Positions 18,257 through 27,478 are shown, counted from the first letter of the stretch. The stretch: DNA of 64,000 nucleotides from Patescibacteria group bacterium (GCA_040390045.1 JAZJZC010000004.1:67157-131156); one strand, 5' to 3'. The notes: generated from the sequence alone by a model not told the origin. Program-made: numbers and translations.

Positions 18257-20548
18257 ATGTATCTGAAGGGCTTAGAAATCTCTGGCTTTAAATCTTTTGC
18301 CAAAAAAACGGTATTGCAATTTAGCACGCCGATTACTGCTGTGGTTGGACCGAATGGTTCCGGTAAATCAAATACTGCCGAGGCTTTTCGTTTTGTGCTT
18401 GGCGAACAATCGATCAAATCGATGCGCGGAAAGCGCACGGAAGATTTAATTTGGAATGGGGGTGGCGATACTGCCCGCGCCAACCGCGCTTCGGTAAAAG
18501 TAGTTTTCGACAATCATCAGAGAATGCTTAATGTTGATTTTGATGAAGTATCCCTTGAGCGTGTGATTTATCGTGACTCTTCCAGTGAATATTTTATCAA
18601 TGGTACTCAGGTGAGGCTCAAAGACATTATCGAACTTTTGGCCGGCGCTCACATTGGCTCATCGGGACATCATATTATTTCTCAAGGTGAAGCTGATAAA
18701 ATTCTAAATGCCAACAGTAAGGAACGTCGTGACATGCTTGAAGACGCGCTTGGTTTAAAAATTTATCAATATAAGCGTTTGGAAAGCGAGCGGAAGTTGG
18801 AAAAAACTGATGAAAACATGAAGTCGGTTGAATCTTTGCGAAAGGAGATTGCGCCGCATTTGAAATTTCTAAAAAAGCAGGTTGAGAAAGTGGAAAAAAC
18901 TCTCGAGTTGAAGGAGGAATTACGAACAGTTTCTAAGAATTATTTTAAACGTGAAGAGGTATATATTACATTTCAAAGACAAGCGATTGAAAGTGATAGA
19001 AAAAAACCGACGGATGACCTTGCGCAACTGCAAAGTGATCTTGCTAAAGCAAAGGCGGTTTTGGAAATTTCAGCTGGGGTGAATGCCAAAAATAACGAAA
19101 CAATTAAATTAGAAAGTGATTTGAGCGCGGTGAGAAATGAAAAAGATCGGTTAGCGCGAGAGCTCGGCCGAATCGAAGGTGCAATTGGTAGTGAAGAAAG
19201 AATTGTTCGACGTGAGAAGGAAATGATGGCTCAAGAGGGGAATCAACAGGTTTTATTAAAAGACGTAGAAGCTGTAAGGACTACGATTGAACAGAAAATA
19301 GTAGAGGTGGAAAAATTTAAAGACGAAAATTCTTTGCAGAATTTTTTTGATTTCATTCGAGCTACGTTTGATGAATTTATAAAACGCCACAAGCGTGGAG
19401 ATACAACACAACTGCTCAATCAATCACTTTCAGAAATTGAACGATTAAAATCTGAACGCCAAACTTGTGAGGCTGCACTCGCTGATTCTAATAAAAAAGA
19501 GGAAGATTTGCGCGCCACGCTTTTGCATATGCAGAAATTGATTGAAAAAGATAAGGATTCAACTCGAGATGCTGAGCGAGAGATGTTTAGGATTATGAAC
19601 GAGGAAAATCTTGTTCGCAATATTTTGGCGTCATTAAAAGCCCGCGAGGAAAGGTTGAATCTTCTCGATGAAAGCTTCAAGAGAGATGTTCAGGAGGTAA
19701 TGATGTTGGTTGGGCGTGAGGTTTACAATTACACAAGTGAAGTAATTCTCGCGGAGAACGGAGCCGCGATTTCTGCGGCAGAAATCGCGGCTGAAGAACG
19801 TGTCCACCAAGAAGAGCGTCGTCGCTCAATGGAAAAAATGAAAATCCGTATCGAGGACGCAGGAACTGGTGGTGGCGAAGATGTTCTCAAGGAATACAAC
19901 GAAACACTCGAACGCGATCAATTTTTGGAACGAGAATTGGCAGACTTAGCTCAGTCGGCACTATCTCTTAAAAATATTATTGTTGAACTGGAGGAAAAGC
20001 TCGACACCGAATTCCGTGAGGGGGTGTTGAAAATTAATACTCAATTTCAAAATTTCTTTAATTTAATGTTCGGAGGTGGATCCGCATCACTTCAAGTGGT
20101 ACGCGAAACAAAAAAGAAAAAGAGTGATACTGATTTGGAAATTGACATGGATGCAGTACCAACTGAAGACGGCGAAGAAGACATGGAGGAAAAAGAGGGA
20201 ATTGAAATTGATGTCAGTTTGCCTCGTAAAAAAATCAAAGGCTTGATGATGCTCTCCGGTGGTGAACGTGCGCTTACTTCGATTGCGCTTTTGTTTGCCA
20301 TTTCTCAGGTCAATCCGCCGCCATTTGTCATTCTCGATGAGACTGACGCGGCACTCGACGAAGCCAACTCAAAAAAATACGGCGATATGATCGAAAATCT
20401 CTCCAAACTTTCACAACTGATTTTAATTACGCACAATCGCGAAACCATGTCCCGCGCAGGAGTACTCTACGGCGTCACCATGGGTTCTGGTGGAGTTTCT
20501 AAATTGCTCTCGATTGCATTTGAAGAAGCTGTTGCGGTGGCAAAATAG
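18257..20548 (+). CDS. smc: SMC-family chromosome segregation ATPase (short form, 763 aa)
   Basis: Walker A GPNGSGKSN, coiled coils, signature LSGGERALTSIALLFA, Walker B ILDETDAALD. Start taken at MYLKGLEISGF. The upstream track extension would overlap the convergent gene. Confidence 0.8.
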   Translation: MYLKGLEISGFKSFAKKTVLQFSTPITAVVGPNGSGKSNTAEAFRFVLGEQSIKSMRGKRTEDLIWNGGGDTARANRASVKVVFDNHQRMLNVDFDEVSLERVIYRDSSSEYFINGTQVRLKDIIELLAGAHIGSSGHHIISQGEADKILNANSKERRDMLEDALGLKIYQYKRLESERKLEKTDENMKSVESLRKEIAPHLKFLKKQVEKVEKTLELKEELRTVSKNYFKREEVYITFQRQAIESDRKKPTDDLAQLQSDLAKAKAVLEISAGVNAKNNETIKLESDLSAVRNEKDRLARELGRIEGAIGSEERIVRREKEMMAQEGNQQVLLKDVEAVRTTIEQKIVEVEKFKDENSLQNFFDFIRATFDEFIKRHKRGDTTQLLNQSLSEIERLKSERQTCEAALADSNKKEEDLRATLLHMQKLIEKDKDSTRDAEREMFRIMNEENLVRNILASLKAREERLNLLDESFKRDVQEVMMLVGREVYNYTSEVILAENGAAISAAEIAAEERVHQEERRRSMEKMKIRIEDAGTGGGEDVLKEYNETLERDQFLERELADLAQSALSLKNIIVELEEKLDTEFREGVLKINTQFQNFFNLMFGGGSASLQVVRETKKKKSDTDLEIDMDAVPTEDGEEDMEEKEGIEIDVSLPRKKIKGLMMLSGGERALTSIALLFAISQVNPPPFVILDETDAALDEANSKKYGDMIENLSKLSQLILITHNRETMSRAGVLYGVTMGSGGVSKLLSIAFEEAVAVAK

Positions 20549-20628
20549 CTATGCGCTTTTTTGATATTTCTCTCTCTTTGTACTACACTTCAGTAAGTTG
20601 ATTTTTAGGAGTCCATTATGAAGACCTT

Positions 20629-20808
20629 GAGAAAGCTGCCGAGATACAAGAGGACCCATGTTTTGCGTGATGCTGGCTTTTGGCAGGATCGCAGGATAGC
20701 CGACGGTGCTGCGGTGCCAATTCCAGGGGGAGTCAAAAAACCGACATATCGCGACGGCGGAATTGACTGGGAAGCATCCGGTCTCGGCAATTCATAATTT
20801 GCTTGCCT
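20629..20808 (+). CDS. small basic hypothetical protein (59 aa), not in ORF track
   Basis: Canonical SD AGGAG 6 nt before ATG. MKTLRKLPRYKRTHVLRDAGFWQDRRIADGAAVPIPGGVKKPTYRDGGIDWEASGLGNS. Locally GC-rich. Confidence 0.4.
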
Positions 20809-20881
20809 CGTTTTCACAACACACAACCGTGCATTTCTATGCGCGGTTTTTCTTTAAGACTTTATGTAAATTCATTACGTA

Positions 20882-22855
20882 CTATTTACTATCTATCAGC
20901 ACGTAATCCAACGTTTTTCTCTCCATATCAGCCAAAACAACTTTAAATCGGACAGAGTCACCCAAAGTATATTTCTTTTTAGTTTTTTCACCGATGAGAC
21001 AATAATTTTTTTGATCGAGTTTGTAAAAATCTCCCGCGAGATCGCGAAGTTTAACCATGCCTTCACAGCGAGTTTCTTTTTCTTCGATGTACATACCCCA
21101 CTCAGTCACACCGGAAATGATGCCGTTGAAACTTTGACCAACTTTAGTTTGCATGTACTCAACTTGTTTATATTTTTTCGAAGCGCGCTCAGCTTCAGCG
21201 GCGGCAATTTCTTGTTCAGAGTTGGCGCTGGCCATTTTTTCATAGGAATGCCATTCATGTTCAGGAATTTTAGTGCCATTTAAATGATGGAATAAAACTC
21301 GATGTACCAGAAGGTCAGCGTATCGGCGAATAGGGGATGTAAAGTGAGTGTAGTATTCGAAGGCCAAACCAAAGTGTCCAATGTTACCCGTCGAATAAAT
21401 AGCCTTGGCCATCGATCGTACTGCCGCAGTTTTAATCATCGATTCTTCGGCGCGTCCCTCAATCTGCTTGAACAGCATTTGCAAATCCTTTGCGGAAACT
21501 TTGCCATTCGTGTTTGGCAACTCGTGTCCAAGAGCCTTAAGAAAAATTCCAAGCTCGGCAATTTTCTCCTGATTTGGCGTATCGTGAATACGATAAATAA
21601 AAGGCTCTTTACTTTTGTGTTTCTCCCGAGCTTTAAAAATAAATTCGGCAACTTCCTTGTTGGCCAAAAGCATGTACTCCTCGACGAGCTTATGAGTATC
21701 AAGTCTCTCTTTTTTGTAAATTTTAACCGGTCTGCCCAGCACATCGAGTTCGAAGCGTACCTCGTCCTGCTCAAAGTCGATAGCACCAGCAGAAAACTTT
21801 CGTTTCTGCATTTTTTTAGCCATCTCATTGAGCGCTAGCAGTGCTTCCGTATGTTCTACTGATTTTCCATCGAGTACATCCTGTGCAGATTCGTACGTGA
21901 ATCGTTTTGCAGAATGAATGATTGTTTTTCCAAACCATTTTTCTTTTACGATTCCTTCTTTGTTTAAAATAAAAACGGCAGAAAATGTTAAACGATCCTC
22001 GTCAGGTTTCAAACTACAAACCTCGTTTGAAAGTGCCTCAGGAAGCATGGGAATTGTGCGATCAACAAGATAAACAGAAAATCCTCGGCGCAAGGCCTCA
22101 CGATCGAGCTCAGTTTTTTCCTTTACGTAATGAGAAACATCAGCAATGTGCACTCCAATTTCGTAACTATCCTCTGAAATCTTTTTATAGGAAATAGCAT
22201 CGTCAAAATCTTTGGCATCAATTGGGTCAATGGTGAAAGTTAATGTGTTTCTGAAATCACGACGCTTACTGAGTTCATCGGCAGATACGTGGACTCCAAG
22301 TTTAGAAATTTTTTCCGCCTCATGTTCGACACTGTGGGGAAATGAGGAATCAAAACCTTTTTCAAGCGCGATACCAAGCATTTCGGCGTTATTCTCTCCC
22401 TTTTTACCAATAATTTGGAGAAGTTCACCTGTTGGATTTTTATTTGGATCAGACCATTCGAGGAATTTTACAAGTACTTTCATGCCAACTGCTTTCTTGG
22501 CCATCTCGTTTGAGCCGACGTTAATCTCCTTGTAGACTTTTTTGTCATCAGGCAAGAGAAAAAAACGCCCCTTGTCCATTTGAAGGGTTCCGACAAATTG
22601 CAATTTAGCCCGTTTCAGAATTTTCAAAACCTTTCCCACTTTTCTACCGCGTACAGATTTTGGAAGTACGGCAATTTCCACCTCGTCGAAATGAAGTGCG
22701 GTGTTTAGATTTTCCGGTTCAATTAGAATATCGACATCTTCATTTTCGAGTTCAACAAAACCCATGCCTTTTCCAGCAATTCTGATTTTTCCGACATGTT
22801 TTTTTGATTCAACGTTCGATGGGTGAGGTTGGTCGTTTTTTTGACGTTTGTTCAT
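20882..22855 (-). CDS. rnr: ribonuclease R / RNase II family exoribonuclease
   Basis: N-terminal OB/cold-shock region, RNB domain, C-terminal S1. Confidence 0.85.
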   Translation of the reverse strand: MNKRQKNDQPHPSNVESKKHVGKIRIAGKGMGFVELENEDVDILIEPENLNTALHFDEVEIAVLPKSVRGRKVGKVLKILKRAKLQFVGTLQMDKGRFFLLPDDKKVYKEINVGSNEMAKKAVGMKVLVKFLEWSDPNKNPTGELLQIIGKKGENNAEMLGIALEKGFDSSFPHSVEHEAEKISKLGVHVSADELSKRRDFRNTLTFTIDPIDAKDFDDAISYKKISEDSYEIGVHIADVSHYVKEKTELDREALRRGFSVYLVDRTIPMLPEALSNEVCSLKPDEDRLTFSAVFILNKEGIVKEKWFGKTIIHSAKRFTYESAQDVLDGKSVEHTEALLALNEMAKKMQKRKFSAGAIDFEQDEVRFELDVLGRPVKIYKKERLDTHKLVEEYMLLANKEVAEFIFKAREKHKSKEPFIYRIHDTPNQEKIAELGIFLKALGHELPNTNGKVSAKDLQMLFKQIEGRAEESMIKTAAVRSMAKAIYSTGNIGHFGLAFEYYTHFTSPIRRYADLLVHRVLFHHLNGTKIPEHEWHSYEKMASANSEQEIAAAEAERASKKYKQVEYMQTKVGQSFNGIISGVTEWGMYIEEKETRCEGMVKLRDLAGDFYKLDQKNYCLIGEKTKKKYTLGDSVRFKVVLADMERKTLDYVLIDSK

Positions 22856-23007
22856 TACTGGGGCATTGTAGCAGAAAAGACGGTACTAAGCCATTTAAGC
22901 ATTTTACGATTGACATTGTCCCACTTCAGAACAAAATTGAAAGTTGAGCTTGCTTTGATTGCATTATTTTCCAAACCGGCGCTCTGTTCATTGCGACCGG
23001 TTTTCTT

Positions 23008-23036
23008 TTGACTTTTTTTGTCTGTACTGGTAAGCT
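23008..23036 (+). promoter_or_regulatory. promoter candidate for rpsP (possibly leaderless)
   Basis: TTGACT-17-TAAGCT ends 6 nt before ATG 23043. Confidence 0.35.
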
Positions 23037-23042
23037 ATGCGG

Positions 23043-23423
23043 ATGTTAAAAATCCGATTACAACGAGTGGGCAGAACGAATGTTCCGACTTTTCGCGTAG
23101 TTTTGACTGACTCAAAGAACAGCACTAAAAGTGGACGTTTTTTGGAGATCCTTGGTTCATACGATACTCGCAAGGATAGTGAGAAAAAAGTTAACGCAGA
23201 GCGTGTTAAATACTGGATTTCAAAAGGCGCACAGGTTTCAGGAACTCTTCACAACTTTTTAATACACACCAAAGTAATAACTGGTAAAAAAATTAACGTT
23301 TTGCCAAAGAAAACCCCAATTAAGAAAGAAGAAGTTGCGAAGGTAGAAAAGCCAGCTGAAGCCGCAGCTCCTACCGAAGTTGCTCCATCAGTCGAAGCCG
23401 CCTCTGAAGCAGTCAAATCATAA
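23043..23423 (+). CDS. rpsP: 30S ribosomal protein S16
   Basis: MLKIRLQRVGRTNVPTFRVVLTDSKN..GRFLEILG. Ala/Glu-rich C-terminal extension. Confidence 0.88.
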   Translation: MLKIRLQRVGRTNVPTFRVVLTDSKNSTKSGRFLEILGSYDTRKDSEKKVNAERVKYWISKGAQVSGTLHNFLIHTKVITGKKINVLPKKTPIKKEEVAKVEKPAEAAAPTEVAPSVEAASEAVKS

Positions 23424-23434
23424 ATTACGGTTTA

Positions 23435-23469
23435 AAACCCCCGCCGCGCCTTGAGCGGCGGGGGTTTTG
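23435..23469 (+). terminator. rho-independent terminator
   Basis: aaacccccgccgc-gccttga-gcggcgggggtttt. Confidence 0.8.
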
Positions 23470-23607
23470 TCAACTTTACACTTTTAACTTTACACTTTAT
23501 ACTGTCTCTAGCAGTACGTAGCGAGGCGGAATGAATTAACTAACCGCATACTCGGTCGAAACGACTGTCTATCGAGTTTAAAAAACACATAATAATAAAA
23601 TACTGAA

Positions 23608-23925
23608 ATGAAACAAGAAAGCGATGTAATCTTTTTAGAGTACGTAGTGAAGGCTTTAGTTGATAATCCAAACGATGTTAAAGTTGTCCGCACAGTCGAT
23701 GAGATGGGTGTTTTGTTAACCCTTTCTTTGAATCCTGCTGATATGGGAAAAATTATCGGCCGCATGGGCAATACCGCAAAGGCTATTCGAACCCTTCTTC
23801 GAGTTGTTGGAATGAAAAATAATGCCCGTGTTAATCTTAAAATCAACGAACCAGAAGGTGCCGCTCCACGAGAAATAAAGACAAACAAGACGGTGGATGA
23901 GGCGATGGAGGACCTCAAGATATAA
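23608..23925 (+). CDS. khpA: KH-domain RNA-binding protein (KhpA/YlqC-like)
   Basis: KH GxxG motif IIGRMGNTAKAIR. Conserved position after rpsP. Confidence 0.75.
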   Translation: MKQESDVIFLEYVVKALVDNPNDVKVVRTVDEMGVLLTLSLNPADMGKIIGRMGNTAKAIRTLLRVVGMKNNARVNLKINEPEGAAPREIKTNKTVDEAMEDLKI

Positions 23926-23955
23926 CCGGTAGATTCAAGAATAAAACCAAAAAAA

Positions 23956-23991
23956 ATACCGCCGCGACTCCGTCGCGGCGGTATTTTTTTT
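23956..23991 (+). terminator. rho-independent terminator
   Basis: aataccgccgcgac-tcc-gtcgcggcggtatt followed by T8. Confidence 0.8.
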
Positions 23992-24054
23992 GACAAAAAC
24001 AACTGATATGTTTAGTATTCGCGCTAGTTCGGTACAAATTCAAAAATTTAATGC

Positions 24055-24804
24055 ATGAACACTCCAAAGATCAATATTCTGATTAACGGCTGGACCGGCA
24101 AGATGGGCACCGCCTTACTCGCCTGCGTAGAAAAACATCCAGGGCTTGAGGTCGTCGGAAAAATCTGTCACTCGGATCAGGTGGACGGCAAACTTCTCGA
24201 TGTCGATGTTGTCGTGGATTTCGTCAATGATCCCGGGGTAAGCACCTCCATGGCAGTGACCTGCGCTGCAATTAAAAAATCAATCGTTATTGGCACTACC
24301 GGTCACACCGACGAACAGCGTCAGATCATTGAGGACATGGCAAGAATCACTCCCATTGTCATGACCTCAAATTTCTCGATCGGAGCCAACTTGCTTTTTT
24401 GGCTCAGTGGCGTCGTCACGGAAAAAGTTGGAATTGGCGTCGACATAGAAATTGTTGAGATGCATCACTGCCTCAAAAAGGATGCACCGAGTGGCACGGC
24501 GCTGACGTTGGCAGAAATTATTGCCGCGGCTCGAAGCAAACAACTTCATGATGTTGTCCAATTTGGCCGACACGGAACGACTGGACCGCGAAGCCAAGAT
24601 GAGATCGGGATTCACTCGATTCGCGGCGGCGATGTGGTCGGGGATCACACGGTACTGTTTGCCGCCATCGGCGAACGAATCGAATTGACGCACAAGGCTT
24701 CCAGCCGCAACACGTTCGCCGAAGGCGCACTACGTGCTGCAGAGTGGGTTGTAAAGCAAAAACCTGGTTTGTACGACATGCAGGACGTTCTCGGTCTCCG
24801 TTGA
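24055..24804 (+). CDS. dapB: 4-hydroxy-tetrahydrodipicolinate reductase
   Basis: EIVEMHHCLKKDAPSGTA signature. Confidence 0.88.
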   Translation: MNTPKINILINGWTGKMGTALLACVEKHPGLEVVGKICHSDQVDGKLLDVDVVVDFVNDPGVSTSMAVTCAAIKKSIVIGTTGHTDEQRQIIEDMARITPIVMTSNFSIGANLLFWLSGVVTEKVGIGVDIEIVEMHHCLKKDAPSGTALTLAEIIAAARSKQLHDVVQFGRHGTTGPRSQDEIGIHSIRGGDVVGDHTVLFAAIGERIELTHKASSRNTFAEGALRAAEWVVKQKPGLYDMQDVLGLR

Positions 24805-24898
24805 TTTCTCTACCCCAGCCTTTCGCTGGGTTTTTTCTTGACCAAAGTTTGGTTTCAGTTATTATGCCCTTAGTTCAAATTTTTGAAAGATTTTCTCA

Positions 24899-25210
24899 AT
24901 GAATGTAAGTATCAACGTTTTGGCACCGCCGGCTGGTGTGCGCCAAGGGTGTAAAAAATGCAAGCGCATTTTCGTTCAGGGAAAGGCCGTTATCGAAGTT
25001 TCCCTCAATGGCGTAATGTATTTTCTCGCTCCGCACGAGCCTTTCAGGTGTTGCGGTGAAGAGAGAAAATCAGCTATTGTTTTTCCATCAAAGGAAGCGG
25101 CGATTGCAACCGCAGAGGATCTTCGTGTCATTTACAATAGTGGTAATGGAGAAACGGTTATGCTCGTTGCCCAACCGAAAGATTTAACCGATCGTTGGCG
25201 CAGCAATTAA
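24899..25210 (+). CDS. hypothetical Cys-containing small protein
   Basis: 103-aa ORF downstream of a TTGACC-17-ATTATG promoter-like site. No known motif. Confidence 0.4.
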   Translation: MNVSINVLAPPAGVRQGCKKCKRIFVQGKAVIEVSLNGVMYFLAPHEPFRCCGEERKSAIVFPSKEAAIATAEDLRVIYNSGNGETVMLVAQPKDLTDRWRSN

Positions 25211-25266
25211 TTTTGCTGTTTTTTCTTGCCTTTTTTGCCTAAACCCTATACCCTAAACGTCACATC

Positions 25267-25995
25267 ATGACTTTCCACTTCATAACCCTATTCCCACACG
25301 CTTTCGACTCCTATCTCGGGGAGTCGATTTTGAAACGTGCAATTGAAGACAAAAAAATAAAAGTAAAGTTTTATAATCCTCGAGATTTTGCAGAAAACAA
25401 ACACGATCGAATAGACCGAAAACCATACGGTGGAGGCCCAGGTATGGTAATTCAAGCTGAACCGGTAATTCGCGCGATTGAAAAAGCGTTGATGACAGCA
25501 GGGTATAGGGTAGAGGGTAAAGGGTATAGACGAATTAAAAGTAGTAAAAAACTAAACCCTAAAACTTACACCCTTAACCCTGTGATAGTCTGGCTCAGTC
25601 CTTCCGGCAAACAATTTACCAATGAGTACGCTAAAAAAGTAGCGGGAAAGTTTGTGGACATTATTATTATCTGTGGCCGATATGAAGGAATCGATGCCCG
25701 AGTTAAAAAAGTTTTCAAAGTTGAAGAACTTTCAGTCGGACCATTTGTGCTCACTGGTGGGGAATTGCCGGCGATGCTTATGATCGATGTGATCTCACGA
25801 CAAATTCCAGGGATACTCGGTGATTTTAATTCTCTCGAGGAATCTCGCGTTGCCAGCCCAGATGTGTATACGCGGCCAGTAATTTTTAAATTTAAAGGAA
25901 AGAATTTTCGTGTTCCGAAAATTCTTCTTTCAGGTCACGCTGCCAAAATTAAGGAGTGGAAAGAATCAAAAATTAAAACAAAACCAAATAAGTAA
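25267..25995 (+). CDS. trmD: tRNA (guanine37-N1)-methyltransferase
   Basis: FITLFPHAF, RPYGGGPGMV, SPQG-like and GRYEGID motifs. Carries a roughly 20-aa in-frame insertion relative to E. coli TrmD. Confidence 0.9.
   Translation: MTFHFITLFPHAFDSYLGESILKRAIEDKKIKVKFYNPRDFAENKHDRIDRKPYGGGPGMVIQAEPVIRAIEKALMTAGYRVEGKGYRRIKSSKKLNPKTYTLNPVIVWLSPSGKQFTNEYAKKVAGKFVDIIIICGRYEGIDARVKKVFKVEELSVGPFVLTGGELPAMLMIDVISRQIPGILGDFNSLEESRVASPDVYTRPVIFKFKGKNFRVPKILLSGHAAKIKEWKESKIKTKPNK
25498..25583. repeat. TIR-bearing TAGGGT-repeat element inserted in-frame within trmD
   Basis: Left arm cagggtatagggtagagggtaaagggtat. Right arm aaaccctaaaacttacacccttaaccctg (terminal cagggt/accctg). Encodes an extra loop MTAGYRVEGKGYRRIKSSKKLNPKTYTLNP. 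Confidence 0.6.
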
Positions 25996-26045
25996 CCCCC
26001 CCCCCCCGTCTTTTTCGCCACACTACTTTAAAAATAAACAGTACC

Positions 26046-26073
26046 TTGTAACCTTTCGAGCGAATGGTATAAT
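26046..26073 (+). promoter_or_regulatory. sigma70-like promoter of arsR-family gene overlapped by inverted copy of the 27-bp element
   Basis: TTGTAA-16-TATAAT. Element copy taacctttcgagcgaatggt at 26049-26068 sits between -35 and -10. ATG follows 7 nt after -10. Confidence 0.5.
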
Positions 26074-26079
26074 GCTTTG

Positions 26080-26349
26080 ATGAGTGATTTTAAAAAATTG
26101 GAAAAGTTGCTAAAGGTTGCTGGCAACCAAAGACGACTCGCAATACTTGCGTACCTCAAAAAAGTAAGAGTGTCATCTGTTGGAAAAATTTCTGAAAATC
26201 TTAATATGTCATATCACGCCGCCTCGAAGCATTTGCGCTTGTTGCTGAACGCTGAGTTGCTCGATCGCGAACAGAAAAAATTTGAGGCTCACTATACACT
26301 TTCAAAAAATCAGCATAGACTCGTTAGTAATTTACTGGAGCTACTTTAG
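26080..26349 (+). CDS. ArsR/SmtB-family HTH transcriptional regulator
   Basis: RRLAILAYLKK...VGKISENLNMSYHAASKHLRLL winged-HTH pattern. Confidence 0.7.
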   Translation: MSDFKKLEKLLKVAGNQRRLAILAYLKKVRVSSVGKISENLNMSYHAASKHLRLLLNAELLDREQKKFEAHYTLSKNQHRLVSNLLELL

Positions 26350-26364
26350 ACCCAACCTCACTTA

Positions 26365-26391
26365 TTTAACCATTCGCTCGAAAGGTTAAAT
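26365..26391. repeat. 27-bp palindromic element tttaaccattcgctcgaaaggttaaat
   Basis: Identical to 8953-8979. Inverted relative to 26049-26068. Confidence 0.8.
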
Positions 26392-26431
26392 GAGAATAAA
26401 ACAACTTTTTAACTAAATCCGTACTTAATTT

Positions 26432-27118
26432 CTATCTGATTTCGTAAATCACATCTTTTCGCTCAACCACAATTTTCCAGCCATTCATTTTAGCAAAACG
26501 GTACAGCGCTTGGTTTGGATTAAAACAAATTGGATTTTCCACCAGTTCGAGCATTGGAATATCACCCTCGGTGTCACCAATTCCGTAAGAACCCTTCAAT
26601 GTTAAATTTTCCTTGGCAACTGCACGACGGACAATGTTGGCTTTGTTTGCAATAAGATGAAGGTCAACGACTTCACCGGTAAATTTATCTGACGGGCCAA
26701 GTTCATAAAATCTCCCGTACACTTTATTAAATCCCAGTCGTTTACAAAAAGCGTCGAGCAATCCTTTTGGTGACTGAGACACTGCAAGCAAAAAATAACC
26801 TTTTCGTTTTAATTTCTTAACGAGGTCGCGCGTATAGCGATACATTTTATTTTTATTGGCCTCAACCACCGCAAGACCGATTTTTTCAAACTCATGGTAG
26901 TCCACACCCTTGAGATATTTCATAAATGTGTCGATAATGGCCTGGATGTAGTCCTCATAACTTCCTTCTCGGTTAGTCCAGCGCTCAAATTGTAATTGAT
27001 ACAACGCCCGGCTTTTTTTGGGGAAAACGCCTTCGTCAATCAGGGCTTCAACCAATTCGATTAGTAAACTTGAACGAAAAATTGTTCCATCAATATCGAA
27101 AACTGCGACTTTTTTCAT
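26432..27118 (-). CDS. HAD-superfamily hydrolase
   Basis: Motif I VFDIDGTI and a C-terminal GDTEGD. Confidence 0.75.
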   Translation of the reverse strand: MKKVAVFDIDGTIFRSSLLIELVEALIDEGVFPKKSRALYQLQFERWTNREGSYEDYIQAIIDTFMKYLKGVDYHEFEKIGLAVVEANKNKMYRYTRDLVKKLKRKGYFLLAVSQSPKGLLDAFCKRLGFNKVYGRFYELGPSDKFTGEVVDLHLIANKANIVRRAVAKENLTLKGSYGIGDTEGDIPMLELVENPICFNPNQALYRFAKMNGWKIVVERKDVIYEIR

Positions 27119-27193
27119 GTTTCAATTGTACAAAGTTGTGAAGTAAAAAGCCACAATTAAAATTACGAATAAAAAACTCCGTTCGTACATAAG

Positions 27194-27478
27194 TTATATA
27201 CGTGACGGAGGGAGCAAAGAGGGGAATAATAGCAGGATTATAAATACGAAGTTAAAAGCTGCCAATATAATTTTAAAACCCCTCTGCAGGTTTCCGATCT
27301 TCATTACAATTTGCAATATCCACGCTGATGCAGCGTAAATGCAAGAAAAAAATAATGCTGTCGTAAGGGTTGCTCCCCCAGGCGTTTTCGTAGGTATGCC
27401 CGCGCCCATCATGACTAGTAAAAAAGTTATCAAACCCATAAACGGGGCTGAGAGAGCGAAAAGTCTCAAAAATCTCAT
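27194..27478 (-). CDS. small multi-pass membrane protein (hypothetical)
   Basis: 94 aa with about 3 hydrophobic helices, co-oriented upstream of the HAD gene. Confidence 0.35.
   Translation of the reverse strand: MRFLRLFALSAPFMGLITFLLVMMGAGIPTKTPGGATLTTALFFSCIYAASAWILQIVMKIGNLQRGFKIILAAFNFVFIILLLFPSLLPPSRI

Noticed and set aside
20605-20826. 73-aa minus-strand ORF in the smc-rnr gap
   Set aside because: No SD. Antisense to a shorter ORF with a canonical AGGAG SD.
23508-24002. 164-aa minus-strand ORF overlapping khpA and the rpsP terminator
   Set aside because: Antisense to a well-supported KH-domain gene. Low-complexity translation with no start context.
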